This document shows positions 49,662-53,205 of a DNA stretch of 53,205 bases, one piece after another (within the stretch, counting starts at the first letter, position 1; each line of letters opens with the position of its first letter). The notes beneath the pieces were generated by a model. It had not been told where the DNA came from and made no database searches. It saw only the letters and a program-made list of their open reading frames with translations. Origin of the DNA: Catajapyx aquilonaris (lineage: Eukaryota); assembly GCA_000934665.2 (NCBI GenBank), contig JYFJ02002649.1, forward strand, positions 1 to 53,205, given 5' to 3'. A program made the translations under genes and the position numbers.

Positions 49662-50373
49662 TACAATAATTGTAAGGAATACAACCGGTAACATTATTTC
49701 CTTAAATTACGAGTGAATAGCACATTACTCATTGCATGCATTTTGAACAACACAGGCCTGAACAAATTGCGCAGACATTCTCCATAACGCAGCATAGCAG
49801 TGTTTAGATGCACCTATTGCATAATAAAGTATTATGTGTGTTTTCGGCATGGGAGGGGGATACACAAATGCCAATCAATCTTCGAAGATGACAATGGCCT
49901 ATCGGATGATTGAAACGTACCTTTCCCGGAATTGCACGACCTTGCAAAACAACAGATTTTGACGTTAGAACTAATAGCACCCAGGAGGAAGCTCACTTCC
50001 TCTAATTTAGCGCACCAATGATCTTGCAAGTAACTTACGTCATTTGCGTGTGCTAAATGTCTGTGCGCTTCTTGCGGAGGATAATCAGTTGCGTAGAAGA
50101 TTCTCAACCATGAAGAGGTTCTGTCATCACAAGGATAATGCAGCAAGGTAAACATAACCATATCTATTTACTATACTGGCATTAATTAACCTAGATATTC
50201 CTGTATGGTCAATTTTTTATTATTTGATTTTATTTATTTTAAATAAGCGAGTGAACACAAAGTAACAATTGTACAAGTGTCCTACATATAGGACTCTAGA
50301 TATATCTGTGGTTTTAATGAGGAGCCAAAATATCATTAATTTCGACGTAACTGATTAGAAATTGCCAAAAGTT

Positions 50374-50489
50374 ACAATGGGTTGAATTTTCGTCCCACTG
50401 CTAGTTACTGCTAACTTAACAGTATCAGTTTGTAGGCCTACTGCTAAGTTAGAAGTAACTAGCAGTGGGACGAAAAATCAACCCAATGT
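50374..50489. repeat. ~115-bp near-perfect hairpin
   Basis: GGGTTGAATTTTCGTCCCACTGCTAGTTACTGCTAACTTAACAGTA pairs with TACTGCTAAGTTAGAAGTAACTAGCAGTGGGACGAAAAATCAACCC around a ~14-nt loop. Confidence 0.85.
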
Positions 50490-50823
50490 TGATGATACCA
50501 ATACATAAAAACCAATCCGTGCCGGTTGAGAGCAGACCGGGCTTTCAAGGTTGACCGACTTGCCCTGCAACTTTTGCGCCACTTTTTATCCTTCTTTTAT
50601 ATGCCCTCCGGCCAGTCCCTCTCTCGGGCGCCAATGAGTTAGGCTCTGAGACTCTAGGTGGTGGGTGTGTTGACCAGAAGGAGGAAAATCTGACACTCAA
50701 TTTTTTTTGCATAGTGGGTGAGGTAATTATTATTTTTGCATGATTTATCAAGGCCGAGTTCAGTTTTGCAATTTGAGTTAAAAAATGAAGAAGTGTTCCG
50801 TTCGTGGTCCTATTTTAGAAAAG

Positions 50824-53139
50824 ATGGGGCTTCAATCCAGCAAGGAGCCGTGGAAGAGGAATTGCCCCGTGTGCAGCACAGAGTATGTTTCTTTGTTTGT
50901 ACTTAGGACCCATATGCAAAGTGGTGAAAGGCCCTGTATACGTCACATACTGTCGCCCATTACAATAAGTAGACAATCAGAAACATATATTCGTAAGCAG
51001 TCTGTCTTAAGTGCATGATTACATAAGGTGACATGTAGAGGTCGTGTAAAAAGTCTCGTATATTATTATGTAAGCGTATTAGCAGATTTGGTTACTGAAA
51101 AGGAAGGAGTATTTTTTGTTGTTGTTGGCATCAAAGAGGTTGGCATTACTAGGAAGAACCCTTTGGGCCTCACAGAGTGGCAAAAAACAATAAAAATTTG
51201 ACCGCTAAGCAGGACGGTCCTCTAATTATCGCAAATCTAGAGCATCAACGTAGCAAGTGGGCTTAATCAGACCAATAAAATATTCCAGACTGCCTTTGGA
51301 TAAAAGATCCGATGGCACCACTTCGTGTGTGAAATGTCACACCGTCGTAAGAGACGACTCGCCTTTGACCTCCATCAAGCTGAGGATCAATGGGCGGAAC
51401 TTTACAGGTCAGCGATTCACTCTGTGGGTCATTACTCTGTGTGGTAATTTGATATTATGATTACAGTTGACCAAAGCACGTCTTCACGGATGCGTCTGGT
51501 TGATTTCATTCGAGATGTGGCACAGTTCAAAGGCACCAAAGTGTCATGTCGTGAAGGAGGCTGCGGTGCGTGTATTGTCACCGCGAGGATACCAGACAGA
51601 CCCAGCTTGACCGACAAAATCTGCGCGGTTAACTCGGTATGACCTGATCTGACCTGTCTGAACTTAGATTGACCCACAATAATCCGCAGTGTTTGATTCC
51701 GGTTATGCTGTGTGACGGATGGGACATCACGACTGTCGATGGCCTGGGTGACAGACACAAAGGTCATCATGAGATCCAGAAGCGGCTGGCCCAATTCAAC
51801 GGTTCCCAATGTGGGTTCTGCAGCCCTGGAATGGTCATGATTATGAACAGGTCTGACCGGATTTATCGATTGCATAGTATAAAACCGGATTTATTAACAT
51901 TTTTGTGCAATAGTGTGCAGGAACAGACACCGAAATTTACTATGCAAGATGCTGAGAATAAACTGGATGGAAACATATGCAGATGTACCGGATTTCGACC
52001 TATTTTGGATGCATTCAAATCATTTGCTTCTGACGCCACCCCAGAGTTGCAACAAGAAATTAAAAGAAGATGCGCAGATATTGAGGTAATTGAGTAATTA
52101 GCAAGTCGTAAACACTTTTTACGTATCGTCCTTTTCACACTACCCACATTCGTGATTTCCATTTGAAATGAGGTCTCATTACATGTCATTCACGTTTTTG
52201 CTGTGTTCGTTACTTCCTGAAGCGACTGGTTAGCACGAAAATGTAATTACCGCTTCCATGTATAGGACCTGGGGAAAAATGGGTGCTGCGGAAAACCGGA
52301 GAATTGCCATCGCATGCAACCGGATCCACGACCCCCGATTGAGAACCGTCCTTTGTGGATCCAAGCACGTGATGGAGCACAATGGTTCCGGCCTGCCAAA
52401 CTGGAGGAATTCTTTCAGCTTATGGACCAACTGAAGGACAAGAATGTGCGTCTGGTTGGAGCTCACACAGCCGCCGGTACATAATGCCACCCATAATGTG
52501 TCCCAATATGTCCCAACCTTTATTATGTATTTTCAGGTGTGTTTAAGCACGAGGGTCCGTACGATGCGTACGTTGACCTGAGTGGTATTGCTGAATTGCG
52601 AGAGAGGAAGTTGGACCCATTGACCCTCGGAGGTGGGGTGACAATATCCGAGTGCATGAAAACACTGGAGGAAGCAAACAACCTGAGTAAAGAGTACAGC
52701 TATTTGCCTGCTGTTTTGCATCACATGCAAAAACTGGCCAGTCATGCTATCAGAGATGTAAGGGTTTTCATTACATTGCTGGCTCATTCGTGCGTTTAAT
52801 TCTTAAATTGTGACATAAGAATGGGGGATAATTAGAAGGATTGTTTCAGGTGGGAACGTTGGCAGGAAATATTATGATGAAGCATAGACTTCAAGGATTT
52901 GCATCCGATTTGTTTCTGCCGTTTGAGACAGCTGGAGTGAAAGTTGTTATTGCGTCTAAAGGTGAATGACACGTTAGCTTGAATTACAGACACTGTGATA
53001 CTTACAACTTTTCATTGTTATAGATGGAAATCAGGAGATGACAATGCCCGAGTTTCTTAAAATTGATATGAAAAGTAAACTGTTATTGAGCTTCACTTTT
53101 CCCAAATTGGATGCCTCTTACGTCATGAGGACTTTCAAG
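50824..53139 (+). CDS. Aldehyde oxidase / xanthine dehydrogenase family molybdo-flavoenzyme (5' part; continues beyond the window)
   Basis: 2Fe-2S motifs (GTKVSCREGGCGAC...VNSCL, GSQCGFCSPG, GNICRCTGFRPILDAF) and an FAD domain (AIRDVGTLAGN) are present. Exons are 50824-50882 (inferred), 51289-51407, 51467-51636, 51690-51850, 51914-52085, 52266-~52476, ~52537-52757, 52850-52961 and 53024-53139. Confidence 0.93.
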
Positions 53140-53205
53140 GTGAGAATTTGAGTTATGAAATAGTCGTCTTGCTGCTATTACGTATACTTTATTTGCGCAG
53201 GTTCT

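Overview
Gene-dense eukaryotic window with short introns, probably from an arthropod-like invertebrate. No prokaryotic features are present. Positions 1-6.9 kb hold a tandem cluster of five paralogous secreted, cysteine-free helical proteins that I cannot assign to a known family, plus one small unrelated secreted-peptide gene. The five genes complete in the window share a 17-18-codon signal-peptide exon. Conserved genes follow: ERMARD (+), BCL7-like (-), Bre1 (-), tektin-1-like (+), FBXO21 (-), UHRF1 (-), an unassigned coiled-coil gene (-) and a 3'-truncated aldehyde oxidase/xanthine dehydrogenase (+). Mobile DNA includes an intron-containing Sola-like transposase pseudogene, a fold-back Tc1 element, a Helitron with a PIF1 fragment interrupted by a SINE, two tRNA-derived SINE families with a shared 3' tail, and TTAA- and TA-type MITEs. 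The best novelty candidates are the secreted amphipathic-helix family and a predicted N-myristoylation plus C4 zinc-ribbon extension on the aldehyde oxidase. Exon boundaries were read by eye, and family names come from recalled motifs, not database searches.
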